Source: Octopus sinensis (taxonomy: Eukaryota). From it: 64,000 nucleotides of DNA. The translations under genes were made by a program, and so were the position numbers. Below are positions 39,085-52,284 of the stretch, piece by piece. The stretch spans positions 20,150,001 to 20,214,000 of the forward strand of contig NC_043015.1 in the NCBI RefSeq assembly GCF_006345805.1. Reading direction: 5' to 3'. Within the stretch, counting starts at the first letter, position 1, and each line of letters begins with the position of its first letter. Below the pieces are notes generated by a model. It was not told the origin of the DNA, searched no databases, and saw only the letters and a list, made by a program, of their open reading frames with translations.

Positions 39085-39285
39085 ATGACCGCGTGTGTAT
39101 CGTTGGCGACTTTCTTTCTCTGTCTTCCCTTCCTTGGACCTTTCATTTTTTGGTTTCTGACGAAGAGCTCCGCTCGAAACGTTAAATCCTCCTCCTTTCT
39201 TTCCTTTCCCGAGCGTCCAATAACACTATACTTGTTTCACGTCCTCGCGTTGTTGTGTTTTCTCTTTGTTTATGTTTGGATTAAC
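39085..39285 (+). mobile_element. Short non-autonomous Penelope-related element carrying a hammerhead motif
   Basis: Homologous to 12877-13087; (TA)n on both flanks. Confidence 0.7.
39152..39188 (+). ncRNA. Minimal type I hammerhead ribozyme motif
   Basis: GGUUU-CUGACGA-A-GAGC-UCC-GCUC-GAAA-CGUU-AAAUC: intact core, perfect stem II, predicted cleavage after GUU (39183). Confidence 0.72.
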
Positions 39286-39323
39286 TATATATAATATATT
39301 ATATTTTATATATATATAATATA

Positions 39324-39369
<46 letters not shown>

Positions 39370-39839
39370 ATATTAATAGATATATATATAGATATAATTA
39401 GATATATTAGATATAATATATAGATATATATATATATAGATATATATATATATAGATATATATATATATATAGATATATATATATATAGATATATATATA
39501 TATAGATATATATATATATAGATATATATATTATAATAGATATATATATATATAGTTATATTATATAGATATATATATATATATAGATAGATATATATAT
39601 ATAGATAGATAGATATATATATATAGATATATATATATATATAGATATATAATATATATAGATTATATATATATATATATATATATTATATATTATATAT
39701 AGATATATAGATATATAGATATATATATATATATAGATATATATATATATATAGATATATATATAATATAGATATATATATATATAAGATATATTATATA
39801 TATAGATATATATATATATATAGATATATATAGATATAG

Positions 39840-39903
<64 letters not shown>

Positions 39904-39910
39904 ATATATA
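39286..39910. repeat. ~620-bp (TA)n/(TAGA) microsatellite
   Basis: Directly visible. Confidence 0.95.
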
Positions 39911-40463
39911 GTTGGAAGAAAACGGAAAAGATCCCCGCTCCCCTTTGATGCTAGTTGTGAAGCTCTTACTGTATCTAACACTACAACAATTTCAAAATAT
40001 GTCGTTGAGCGCCAAAATCAAAGATGTTTCAACTGTGATTACCTCATCTTCCTCTGTATCAAGGGTCACATTTTAATATATGCGTATTTAAGACGGAGGG
40101 ACATCTGTCTGTTGTGTTTAGCACGGCGAACGACGCGTATAGGTTCCTTTTATTGATAGTAGTGGTGGTGGTGGGTAGCTGATATGAATGATGGTGGTAG
40201 TATATATATCGATATTGGTGATAATGATGATGCGTCAGTTGTCTGACCTCACCCTAAACCCCGCTTTAAAAATTATCACTCCCCTCGTGTATTATCACTT
40301 AAAAGTTCATCACCTCGAGATATTTCTCCTGTAGCATTTGATACTCTGCCAAAATTTGGTTAACGATTCTTCGCTGAATCCTAAACAATATTTCAAAACA
40401 GATGTCTTGAAAGACAAATGACTAGATCTATATAAGCCAGACAGATGGAGAAAAAGAAAACAA

Positions 40464-40501
<38 letters not shown>

Positions 40502-40611
40502 AGAATGAAGGGAGACATTGTCTCTAATTAAATGGCATACTCTGTTCAATGAAGTTTATAACTGAATTAAAATAAAAATGCCTTGTTGCAGAAATAGGGG
40601 AGATGGATAGA

Positions 40612-40652
<41 letters not shown>

Positions 40653-40815
40653 GATAGTATGAGGGGCATAGAGAGAGTAAAGTATGTGTAAATGAGAAAG
40701 AAATCGAGATTGAAAAAAAAAAAAACAAAAATCAAAACAAAAGGACGTTAAATAGCTGGCTAGATTCAGATATTTGTTTCAAGATCATCGATACGATGCA
40801 GTTTAAAAGTAATTT

Positions 40816-40852
<37 letters not shown>

Positions 40853-41009
40853 GGGTAGATTTGTAGGTAGATAAATCGATTGTTAGATATAGATAAATAA
40901 AAAGATAATTATCTATGAATAGGTACATTTAAATACTACTAAAAAAAAGACTCATTTGATTCGAAAGTAGATAAGTATTTATGTGTGTTTGTGTGTATAT
41001 ATGTATGTA

Positions 41010-41357
41010 TTCTTTTACTTGTTTCAGTCATTTCACTGCGGTCATGCAGGAGCACCGCCTTAAACGGTTTTAGTCAAGGAAATCGACCCCAGGACTTATT
41101 CTATCGGTCTCTTTTACTGAATCGCTAACTTACGGGGACGTAAACACACCAACATCGGTTGTCAAGCGATGGTGGTTGTGACAAACACACAAATATATAT
41201 ATATATATATAACAGGCTTCTTTCAGTTTCCTTCTCCCAAACCCACTCACAAGGTCGGTCTGAAGCTACAGTAGAAGACACTTGCCCAAGGTGCTACGTA
41301 GTGAGACTGAACCCAGAACCATGTGGTTGGGAAGCAAGCTTCTTATCACACAACCAC
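41010..41357 (-). mobile_element. SINE family A
   Basis: Conserved SINE A blocks. Confidence 0.88.
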
Positions 41358-41711
41358 CTTGTATGTATGTATGTGTGTGCATTTGGTATAACAAACGGGA
41401 TAACTAGAACTCATATTTTAATATTTTTAATCGGTAGAGATTACAAGTTACTCAAGAGCCGAAAGTTTCGTACATAACACAGCTCAAACTCCCAGTTTGA
41501 GTGTCATGCACGAAACACTCCGTCGTGAAACGTAATAAACCTGTTTTTGTGCCACTTTGGCGTGTGATCTATAAGGGAGAATACTGTAGGATATACTTAG
41601 CATTGTAAATGTATTTTTTCAAAATGCTTACTATTTTAATAAGAAGAAAACCATGTCTCATTTATGTCTGAGTAAATAATAAGAAAACAAAAATAAACAA
41701 TTTAATAATTA

Positions 41712-42083
41712 AAACAAGAGCACTCAGAGAGTGCAAACCTCCACAAAGGCAACACCAACGTCCTTTCAACGATTAGCCGGAGATGAACTTTTAAAAGGAC
41801 AAAATCTGAAACAAACTTGACTGCTCTCACAAACGAGAATATTAAAAATGAACCCGACAATTCTCAAAAATTAAGTAAGAAAACCAGAAATATAATCCAG
41901 AACTCTTGTTCGGTACCGGATCGATCTCAAAATTTAATCAGTTCGTACCAGTCACGAGGCCAAATACCTCTGAATGTTTCATCTGAATCTATCCAACGAT
42001 TCTTGAAATATCCTGTCCACTGACAAACAAACAAACAACACGACTGAAAACAATACCTCCACCTTCGCTAAGACGGAGGTAAT
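41712..42083 (+). mobile_element. Helentron/DINE-1-like non-autonomous element (HINE)
   Basis: 5' ACAAGAGCACTCAGAGAG..AACCTCC; (CAAA)n near the 3' end; 3' stem-loop ACCTCCACCTTCGCTAAGACGGAGGT; A-rich flanks; no TSD. Confidence 0.6.
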
Positions 42084-43122
42084 AAGTACATAAGTACGTA
42101 AATTTGGTCACGTAGATCACACGGCAAAGTAGCACAAAATAAATGAGAAAGTAAACTGCCTTTTAAATTGTAGCTCACAGGCCAAAGTGGCAACACCTAT
42201 TTGCATGGTCGGGCTGTCGGCAACTAAACCACCACCACCAACAACAACATCACCAAGTATAACCCTAAACCTAACCCTAAATTTTTTTTCTTAATTGTTA
42301 CGCGTGTAAAAAAAAAAAGAAAGCAATGGAAAATAATTTAAACAATTAACAAACACTGGTTTTCGGATACCCAGCAGGATAAAAATCAAGATGTGTCAAA
42401 GGGCAAATGATTTCAGAAGGGTCACTAGCATTGTGATTTAGTACCCAGGTACGAATTTAACTTACCAGGATGGGTCGGGCTCCAAACCGTGGCGAAGGCA
42501 CCTAATCGATGAAAGAGAGAACTACAACTTTAACACGAAATAACTTCTAAAATACGAAATGTTGTAAAAAATGTTGAAAGTAAACCGTGTTCTGCGTGAG
42601 AAATCACACCAGTATACGAAGTTTTAAACTGTTAAAAAAAAAAAAATTAATTCTGTGAGCCATACTGAACAGATCCGAAAATCCTGAGATATTTTGTTCG
42701 GTGAGTTTGTAGTAAACATTTGTACCAACTTTAATGCTTTCAGTATTTCCAAAAAGGCTGCGACTGGTCCTTTGCGTAAACCTTCTTCACTGGAAATCTG
42801 TGGATAATTTAACAGCTGAGTGTTGGGCCTTCATAGGTCGAAACTGACGGGAGAATCCAGTATTTTAAAAAATATATATATTTTTTTTACTTGTTTCATT
42901 ACATTGCAGTCATGCTTTGATGGGTTTTAGTCATACTTATTCAATCCCCTCTTTTGCTTTACCGCTAGGTTACGTGGATGGAAACAAGCCCACACTGGTT
43001 GTCAAGTGGTGTGCAGGGCATACGCGCGCGCGCGCACGCACACGCACTCTGGCTTCCGCAGTTTTCGTCCACCAAATTCACTCATAAGGCACTGCTTGGC
43101 CCAAGGCTACAGTAAAAGACAC

Positions 43123-43537
43123 GTATCTTTTCGGTTTGAACGGCAGTTTTTAAAATAATTTCTTTGTAACTAAAAAAATTTAAACTTCGTATACTGGTAG
43201 AATGTGTTTATAAAACATCTTTTTCTCTTGGCTTTATTGAGAAAATTCTATAGTTTGTAAGATATTTGTTGTTGTTTTTCTTCAATTTCTGCAATTTCAA
43301 CCAATCAATGTCATCTATTGAGGTAAAAAAAAAACATTCTGTGTCGTATGAATATGTCCCTCGTTTAAGAAACAGATTGGGTTTATTTACATTTGTGAAG
43401 AAAAAAAGATACCCTTTCCCCTAACCTTAACCCTAAAACAGATTTAAATGCAATAGATCGATACTAGGGTCATAATTATGGGTGACAATTTCATATGACA
43501 CAGCTAGAAAAAACTGCCGTTCAAACCGAAAAGATCC
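43123..43537. mobile_element. Merlin-like MITE inserted into a SINE A copy
   Basis: TIR G(T/G)ATCTTTTCGGTTTGAACGGCAGTTTTT; perfect 8-bp TSD AAAGACAC at 43115-43122 and 43538-43545; the SINE resumes as TTGCCCGAGGTGCC. Confidence 0.85.
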
Positions 43538-44039
43538 AAAGACACTTGCCCGAGGTGCCGCGCAAGATGTTGTCCAAGTTTCCACATTTCCCATTCTCAC
43601 ACATTTGCCTACTCTTCCCCCACCTCAACACTCTCTTAACTTTGACTTATTTCTCTCTTTCCTCTCTCTCCTCTCTCATTAACATATATCAACGCCACTT
43701 CTCTCTTGCTTTCCTCGTAACACATTTACCCACCTCACACTTTTACTTAACCTCTCATAGACACATTTACCGCTTTCACTCATCTCCTACCTCCACGCAT
43801 AATCTGTCTCTCTCACTTACATATACCTTCGCTCGTAATCTCTCATATAGTTCACACTGGGAAATCGTAAATAAAATTACTTCATAACATGTATTTACAA
43901 AAATTTATTCCAAACCGTAACATTTTCCCTCATTTTACTCTTCAATATTCTCTCTCTCACTAATAATCTACCTCCTACTCTCTCGCTCTTACTGTTTATC
44001 TCCTACTCTTTCTATCGTTTCAATCCAACTGTTGCATCG

Positions 44040-44125
44040 GTTATAGAAAATGGAGGTGGTAGGAGGAGGAAGCGAGAAAAAAAAAATCGAGACTCGATGA
44101 CGTCATCAGTTTGCGCGGCGACATT
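44040..44125. promoter_or_regulatory. Candidate promoter: 12-bp CRE palindrome plus E2F-like and YY1-like sites
   Basis: GATGACGTCATC at 44096-44107; TTTGCGCGGCG at 44110; AAAATGGAGG at 44047; a CpG-poor domain begins ~0.5 kb downstream. Confidence 0.5.
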
Positions 44126-45010
44126 TGATTGATAGCAACTTTTACTGTGATTTCCGAAAAAAAAAAGAAAAAAAGAAAAAAACAGTAACACACCACGCAC
44201 ACAGTCTCTCACACGTACGCACACTTTCTCTCTTTGACATACATCAGAATCGCACATACATTATCTTTCACAAATAAACACATGTCGCAAACACACACAA
44301 TACATGGTAACACTCACACATAGATATTTGACAGGAAAAAAAAAACAAAAAAACACAAAAGCACGCAACACATACACTTTTATAACAATCACTAACACGT
44401 ACACATACATTTACACACGCTCATTGTAAATAAACACACACGGTCGACAATACACATATTCACGCAATATGTCGTCATCTGTTCATTCATATCGCGACTT
44501 CATCAATAACCTTGAGACAATTAAGGCGCTGCTACAATGTAGTTCTGTGTAATTATGTAAGATCGTAAGTGAGTATATCAACGATGTATTTTATCATCTT
44601 AACGTCCACTTTTCCATGCTTGCATGGGTCAGACGGAATTTGAGGTAGATTTTCTACAGCCAGACGCCCTTCCTGTTGTCAACCTTCACCTGTTTCCAAG
44701 CGAGGTAATATTTCCCCATGACTAAACATTTTTTTTTACAAGAAATAAGCAGCAGCACTTGAATGACGGAGATGATCACTTACAACTATTGTCAAGACAA
44801 GAGTACAAACACACACAGCAACTTTCCTTCAGTTTCCATCCACCAAATCCTCTCACATGTGGTTTGGTTTGTCTGGGGCTGTAGTAGAAGACACTTGCTC
44901 AGTGTGTTTGCACAGTGAGACTGAACCCAAAAGCCCACGGTTGGGAAGCAAGCTTAACCACACAGCCAAGACTGAACCTGTGTGTGTGTGTAGAGCTAGT
45001 CAGTCTAGAG

Positions 45011-45208
45011 CAGGGATGGGCAATTTTTCCTCAACTGGGGGCCACATCATACCATTTCGAAGTGGAAGAGGGCCACATGATAAAACACATGCATGAAGTA
45101 TTACTTGCTCGCATTACACTGAATTTTTTTGAAGTTCTTCTTAATTTTGTCTTAGTAGGAAATTATTAACCTAGAAACTCTTCAAGGGCCACAGGTTGCC
45201 CAAGTGCA
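45011..45208. mobile_element. hAT-type MITE, older
   Basis: CAGGGATGGGCAA ... TTGCCCA; TSD GTCTAGAG / GTCGAGAG. Confidence 0.65.
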
Positions 45209-45487
45209 GTCGAGAGCATACAGCCTCCTTAAGCTGGAACCTGTCTTGATTTCCAGGGTGTTTTGGTGATGGATAGTACCTGACTCACACCAGAATGAGA
45301 TGTTAATCTGATGTGTGGTTAACCCCACCCCACCACTCCAGTTGTTGCTGGCAATCAGTTTTAGCTTGGTGTTTGGGAGCAGCCTGAAAGGGAGTACTTT
45401 GCTCAAGAATACCAAGTAATACTGATTTTAGGGAACTGAACCCATGATTTTCTGATTGGGAGTCCAACTATATATATATATATATAT

Positions 45488-45884
45488 GAGGTAGACCCAG
45501 GAAGACCTGGGATGGGGTGGTGAAGTATGACCTTCAAACGTTGAGCCTCACAGAGGCAATGACATGCAACTGAGACCTCTGGAGATATGCTGTGCTTGAG
45601 AAGACCCGGTAAGCCAAGTGAGATTGTAGCCATGGCCTATGCCAGTGTTGTATAACAGGCCCATTTAACAGTTCCCTTCAATTGTTGGGCAATATGCGGT
45701 GCTTGAGAAGACCTGTTGAGTCAAGTGAAATCATTGTCCTGGCTGATGCCAGGAAGGGTAACCAGCTACAGAAACCTTGCTAGATCAGATTGGAGCTTGG
45801 TGCAGCCTTCTGGCTTGCCAGTCCTCTGTCAAACCGTTCAACCCATGCCAGCATGGAAAGCAGATGTTAAACGATGATGATGAT
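45488..45884 (+). mobile_element. RTE LINE 3' end with (GAT)n tail
   Basis: GRPRKTWDGVVKYDLQTLSLTEAMT..DLWRYAV, then the 3' UTR ending CCCATGCCAGCATGGAAAGCAGATGTTAAACGATGATGAT. Confidence 0.8.
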
Positions 45885-46201
45885 TGCATGTGTGTGTCTG
45901 ATGGCATGTGGCCTACAGGTTGTTGCAGTCACAATTGCAAGAACATAGTTTTGATTCCCAGACTGGCATTATATTGTTTTCTTAACAGGAAATGGGTAAC
46001 CTTGCAAAGGACAAGCACCCTGTTCAAGGAAAATAATTGGCCTGTCTGTTTAGCCAGTGGAATGGCATCGTTTGAAAACTAGGACAATGCAAAGAATCGC
46101 ATTTTGACCAGTGGTTTAGCTGACAGTCTGGTTGATACAGTGACATATATATATGCAGACACTTGTGTGTGTGTGTTTGTGTGTGTGTTTGTGTGTGTGT
46201 T

Positions 46202-46232
<31 letters not shown>

Positions 46233-46306
46233 TAGCCCTACCTGGCATTTGGACAAAGTGATATGTAAGTTGGACTTCATGGTGTGATTTTTATTAAGCA
46301 GACACT

Positions 46307-46522
46307 AATGCCCTTTAGTATTTAAACAGGCCCAAATATTGTACCTGTTTTATGTTGAAACTGGGCAGATCCAGCCTCTCACACCTACCCTACAATGTCA
46401 TTCTAAAAATAAAGTCATGCTTTGAAAATCTTGAAGTTACAAGATACTCCATGATTAATTTAAAAAACTGGGGCTGAATAAGAATTATGTTTGATGAATT
46501 AACCTGAATTCTAAAGGGTTAA
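46307..46522. mobile_element. piggyBac-type MITE family 2
   Basis: CCCTTTAG ... CTAAAGGG-TTAA; internal similarity to 4925-5124. Confidence 0.7.
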
Positions 46523-48879
46523 AGCTATCTGTAGATAGTGTGGTAGGACCACATGTTTTTGCAAAAATTTAGCTACAATGATGTTAGAATTTAGAATCTG
46601 CTCAGTGGAGATGTAGACAGACACAAAAAAGATACCTTAAATCTGTATGGACATTATATGGAAACCAGGAATATAAGAGCAGTAACATTCCTGGCAGAGA
46701 AAAATATTTGGCAAATATCTTACTAAAGTTTGCATGAAAATAAAAATGGTAACTGATGAACTTGGAGAAGAACACGAAGTGAAAGGTGACCCAGCTGTCT
46801 CTCATCTTCCTCTCCAGCTCTTTCTTGCTTCTCCCCACTCTCTCTCTCTCTCTCTCTCTCTCTGCCTCTCACAGGATCATTGGATACTCTCAATACAACA
46901 ACAAAGATAACTAGATAAATAAAATACTGCTGTTCCCAGAGAAGGTTGTACACAGCTTCTTGAAATTATAAACACAAACCATTAAGGGAATAAAACACTA
47001 AAAGTCATGTTGGTATAGGTCACAGTGAGTAGGTGAGAGGATGGATCCTTGTGGTACTCCACCCTGGAAACTGCAGGGTCTGGAAGTGCTGTTTTTGTAC
47101 AATACAAAGGCTCTTGTGGCCTGACAGGTAGTTTGCTTAGCAGCAGTTTGTGTTGTTCTTAATACTTATTCTATGGGAACCAAATATAGTCAGTTCCATG
47201 CATTGGGGACACAGGAACTGAGTTAATTTGCTTTTAACAGTGGGGTATTTTCCAGACTTCTCCACATTTCATATGATGTAGTATGTACATTTTATTTTCA
47301 CAGGCCAATAGAAAGAGGTTGCAAGAGCTGATTTGCATAAGATTTACATATTGCAAGAACTGATTTGCATTTGATTTACATATTACATCACCATCAAAAA
47401 TTTAATCAGTGCAATGAGGGTTATGGTTGAGTATATTTCATGCTAATGGATAATGAGAAATGAAGTGGGGAACCTTGCTGAAGCTATAGTGTATTCTCCA
47501 TGTGAGGTTTGTGGATGGCATGCTGGTTGAGTGAACTTATCTGAATCCTTGTTATATTATGAGGTGTGAAGGATTTGTGGATTAGTGATATCAAGGATTA
47601 ACCTAAATAGCAAGGTGAGGTGGCTGTTTGATGTTACTTCACTTGGGGTTTCATTAGGTTTTAGAATTATTATAATTTTGTCCAGGTTCCAGATTCTGAG
47701 ACATACAGAAGGAACAGACCAATACTGAAAGTCAGGCATGGAGCATTGATTAACTTATCTTCAAGATTATCTGCACTCAATCTAGGAATAAGAAATCTTT
47801 AAACACATTCAAAACAAGATTGTAAAGAAGCTTACTGATACCTTCTTGGTGGGGGTAGTTGTGGATGTCGGTGGGTGTAAGGATTCCTTTAGGCCCCAAA
47901 AGGTTTTAAGGCAGTGGCGGATGGCCAGGTTGCCAGCTTGCCCGATGGAAAGTGGGCCCCTGCGCCATTAGAATCAATATGTTAGTATCTAAGAGGCCCA
48001 TCCTCTCAAGTTTGAGAATTTTTTATTCACTCCTGGAAGAATGCATTATTTCAGCCTGGATATGTTTGTAGACAGTTGAAAAGAATACTTTTAACAAAAA
48101 AAAATGAAAAAAAATAAATGATAGCATTGTAGTTGTGGGTGTGCCCCCTTGTAGTTGCGAGTGGGCCCCCTTAGTCCTGGCAACCAATATTTTTGAACTG
48201 ATTCTGACACTAGTTTTAGGTGCTCTGAGGCTTTAGAATTCTTACATTTCCAATTTTATTTTTGTATTTGATGGAAGAAACGGGTTAGGATTTTTTTTTC
48301 ATTCTGTCTGGTTTTTAGCAGGTGCTTTTAAAGAAATGTTTAATGTTCACTTGGCATTATAGTTTAGGTTTATTATTGTTACATGAAGTGTGCTGTAACA
48401 GTTGTTGTTGTTGTTGATACTAATTACTCTATATTGTTTTTTTACTGCTTGAATTGGTGTTTATGTTAGATGCAAATGTTTACAAAATTTTTCTTCCTTT
48501 CAAATTTCTCATTTCTTTGTCAAGTTCTTTGATGTCGAGTTTAATTTCAGTTGTATGCTTTTGGTATATTATTCCATGTTGTCTAGTTTTTGTGGTTAAC
48601 TATTCATGGTGTATAATCAGGGTTGTATTTTTTATATATTACAGACCATCTCACACAACCACCCTGACTCTTATGTGAAGTTACCTTGAATTTAACATGC
48701 TTTAGTGCACTAAATGCTTTTTTCCTGAATATGCACCACTGTCATCAAATACAGTATGTTTTTTTGGATGCTTCTAATTATTTAGTTGAATGCATGTACT
48801 TAGGTGTCTATATTGGTGATTGTAGATTGGTAGTGTGTTTATACAAGATCCTTGTATTTCTATTGATTCAGCATTTTGG

Positions 48880-49262
48880 GTGTGCGGTAAGAAGCTTGCT
48901 TCCCAACCACATGGTTCTTCTGGGTTCAGTCATACTGTGTGACACCTGGGACAAGTGTCTTCTACTATAGTTTCAGGCCAATTAAAGCCTTGTGAGTAGA
49001 TTTGGTAGACAGAAACTGAAAGAAGTTTTCTCTCTCTCTCTCTCTTTCTATATATATATCTGTGAGCCTGTGTTTGTTCCCCCACCATCACTTCATAACC
49101 AATGTTGGTGTGTTTATGTTCCCGAAACTTAGCAGTTCAGTAAAAGAGACCGATAAAATAAGTACTAGGCTTACAAAGAATAAGTCCAGGGGTTGATTTC
49201 TTCGACTAAAGGTGGTGCTCCAGCATGACTGCAGTCAAATGACTGAAACATGTAAAAGAGTA
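48880..49262 (+). mobile_element. SINE family A
   Basis: Conserved SINE A blocks. Confidence 0.88.
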
Positions 49263-50502
49263 AACCAGAGGAGAGAGATTGGGTTGAGCATTTGCGATCA
49301 TAATGGTGTTGAATGAAAACTCTGATAGAATGGAACCTCAGTTTCCAAATTCAATTTGTTCCTGAAGGCCATTCAACACCTGAAATGTTCATGAATTGAA
49401 ACTATTCCCCCTTCCCCCATAGGAATTTCAAGAGAATGCACAGCAAATTCAAGCCAGGATGTGCACTAAATGAAAGCTGAACACCAACTGATGCTCTCCT
49501 GCTGATACTCTCATGATGCAATCCCTGTGTCCCTGGATCCTGCCAAACCATTTGACCCATGTCAGTATGAAACCTGAATGCCAAATGATGATGTGTCTAC
49601 CTATCTGTATGTGTACTTATTTGTAGGATCTTCCACTGGCTTTGACAGTGCATGTTCAGTTGTCTAACAACTAAATTATTTGCCCAGTGCAAATGGCTGA
49701 ATATTCCACAGACCCATCTATCATTAACATAATCTTCAGGTAGAATCAACATGACATAATGTGTGACAAGGTTGTTTCGACGAAATGGCCATGCTTTCCT
49801 GAAGAGGTCTAATGAAATCAAAACAAGTCTAGAGTTGTCCCCACATTGCTAAAGATCAAATACATTCTAATTAATTAATTTGAATTATAAATTCAGGGTT
49901 GTCTACTTTGTTTTTCTTCACCGGAATTACTCATTTAAAAAAATAATTTGCTCCCATCACATTGTAATTTTAATTAAAATAATTTGGATTGTTGATTCAA
50001 ATATGTTGGTGTCCCCTACATTTTTAAACATGTCCCCCCCACACACACTGTGTTACAATTTGTAAACAAGAAGAGCATAGGATTTAATACACACACACAC
50101 ACTTACATGGATTTGGTAGAACAATCAGAGGAAATGGTAAAGCATCTAAACTCTTGTATTGAGTTCTATTTTAACTTTCTGCTAATTAAAGATGTGTGTG
50201 TGTGTGTTTAGAGCAAATAAGATGTATGAAAATATAAACTTTATTTTTAACTTTCTACGAATTATAATATGTCCATATATATGTGTGTATATATGTATGT
50301 GCGTGCATATGTGTGTATATGTGTGTGTGTATATGTATAAATATGTGTATGTATATATAGCCTTATTAATTCATGTGTGAACATACTTGCATACACACAC
50401 ACGCACACTGAGGAATTGGCTGTTACTCAAGTTTTACCATTCTGCGATCAGCAGAACAATCACAGAGCATGAAGCTCAAATAGCAACCACAGCTTTAGTT
50501 GT

Positions 50503-50534
<32 letters not shown>

Positions 50535-50566
50535 CATACATACATACATACATACATACACATACA

Positions 50567-50600
<34 letters not shown>

Positions 50601-51187
50601 CATACATACATACATACACAGGGTGTGGCGAATATATTGTCTAAATTATGCAAAAATGAAAATAACACTGACATCTCATTTTACCAGATAAATTTACTAA
50701 AATTACATAAAATTATCATGAAATACTGAAGAGTAAATTTAGTCAATAAAATCACCATTGGCTTCAACCACAGCCAATCAAAAACAATACCTGTGCACAA
50801 AATTAAAAATATAAAATGGTGGCAATTTACCCATTGTGTGTGTGTTTTGCATATGCATGTGTCTGTTGTAGATTACTTAAACAATTAAAGTAAGGAACTT
50901 GCTTGACAAATATATCACGAATAATTTGAATATTCGGTTAGGAGTCAAGAAGCTTCAGTTTTTTTCTAGTTATACACTGTGGTACAGGCATGGCTGTGTG
51001 GTTAACAGGTTTGCTTTGAAACTATGTGGTATTGGGTTCAGTCCTACTGTGTAGCAACCCGGGCAAGTGTCTTTTGCTGTAGCTCTGGTCTAATCAAAGC
51101 CTTGTGAGAAGATGTGATGGATGGAAACTGAAAGAAACCTGTCCTTTATCTATCTATCTATCTATACATACACACATACATACTTAC

Positions 51188-51358
51188 ATTATTTGTGGAT
51201 TAAGGCTACCATTAGTTTCATGTTGAGGAAGCCCTTAACAGTTATCAAGCCTATCACATGGAACATCAGTGTTAGTCTCCATTTTGGATCAAAAACAGAC
51301 ATAACAGTTAAGGGCTTCCTTAACATGAAACTAATGGTAGCCTTAATCCACAAATAAT
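51188..51358. repeat. Inverted repeat (~58-bp arms)
   Basis: ATTATTTGTGGATTAAGGCTACCATTAGTTTCATGTT.AGGAAGCCCTTAAC versus GTTAAGGGCTTCCTTAACATGAAACTAATGGTAGCCTTAATCCACAAATAAT. Confidence 0.85.
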
Positions 51359-52046
51359 TTTTATCCACCAATGTGGTGTTGAGTACCCATTTTCACTGTT
51401 TGAGACACACACACACAATTATATATATATATGTGTGTTTGTGAACATGCATATTTGTCTGAGTGTTTGCATTTCCTTGTCTTTACATTCTACAATGATT
51501 GTAAATGAATGTCATTGTCATACAAGCAGAGTTGTTCTGCCATGAGAACATGCTTGGCCATGGATGAAAATTATTTGGGGAAAAGATAAATGCATCTGGC
51601 CAGAGAAAATCTGCTTCAATAAATTGTGTCCAACTCATACAGAGATAAGTGAATGTTGAAATAATGATTTAATGCATGCACAAAAGGCAGTGAATAAACA
51701 AAAAAGAAACTGGCACATAACACAGTTGGATAGAGTTACATGTATATAAGTTTGACTCAGCTCTACATTAAAGTGGTAAGCATGTCCTACATCCATGAAA
51801 CTGTAAGTACTATGAGGCTAAGTCATTGCATGTATGTATGTATGTGTGTGCCATCTCTTATGAACCGAACAGGATTGCAGGGGCATAAAGAAAACATGAA
51901 CTACACAAGTCCAGAGGCAACTCCTCACTTTCAGTCCCAGCAGATCACCAGCAGGTTTATTTCCCAATGTGCCAGGGACCAGTAATATTTCTTAGTAATA
52001 TTAATTTATACCGGAAACAATATATATAATGAATATAATAAAAGTT

Positions 52047-52284
52047 CAGTTCTATATTTATGGGCATATGGCGTAGTGGTTAAGAGCATGAGCTTCTAAC
52101 CCCAAGATTCTGAGTTCAATTCCAGGCAGTGACCTGAATAATAATAATATTGAAAAATACCTTAGGAATGAGAACCCAGGTTTGAAATTTCCCCAAGACA
52201 CCTGATGAAGGCTGGAGGGTATATCAGCTGAAACGTTGCTTCAATAACAAACAAGATGAGGACAAATATCCATCAAATGTAAAT
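52047..52284 (+). mobile_element. tRNA-headed SINE with a hammerhead motif in its 3' part; 15-bp TSD
   Basis: A box TGGCGTAGTGG (52069-52079), B box GAGTTCAATTCC (52112-52123); CTGATGA-A-GGCTG..CAGCT-GAAACGTT (52202-52237); TSD AATATAATAAAAGTT at 52032-52046 and 52285-52299. Confidence 0.75.

Noticed and set aside
42261-42280. Telomeric repeat
   Set aside because: Only 2-3 imperfect units, probably internal to a transposon
44469-44552. Resemblance of LETIKALLQCSS to the start of a BARD1-type RING domain
   Set aside because: The second Cys is absent, an in-frame stop follows and no downstream RING exon was found
46750-46800. CTGATGA-ACTT..AAGT-GAAA hammerhead-like match
   Set aside because: No UH cleavage triplet after stem III and no stem I pairing; likely chance
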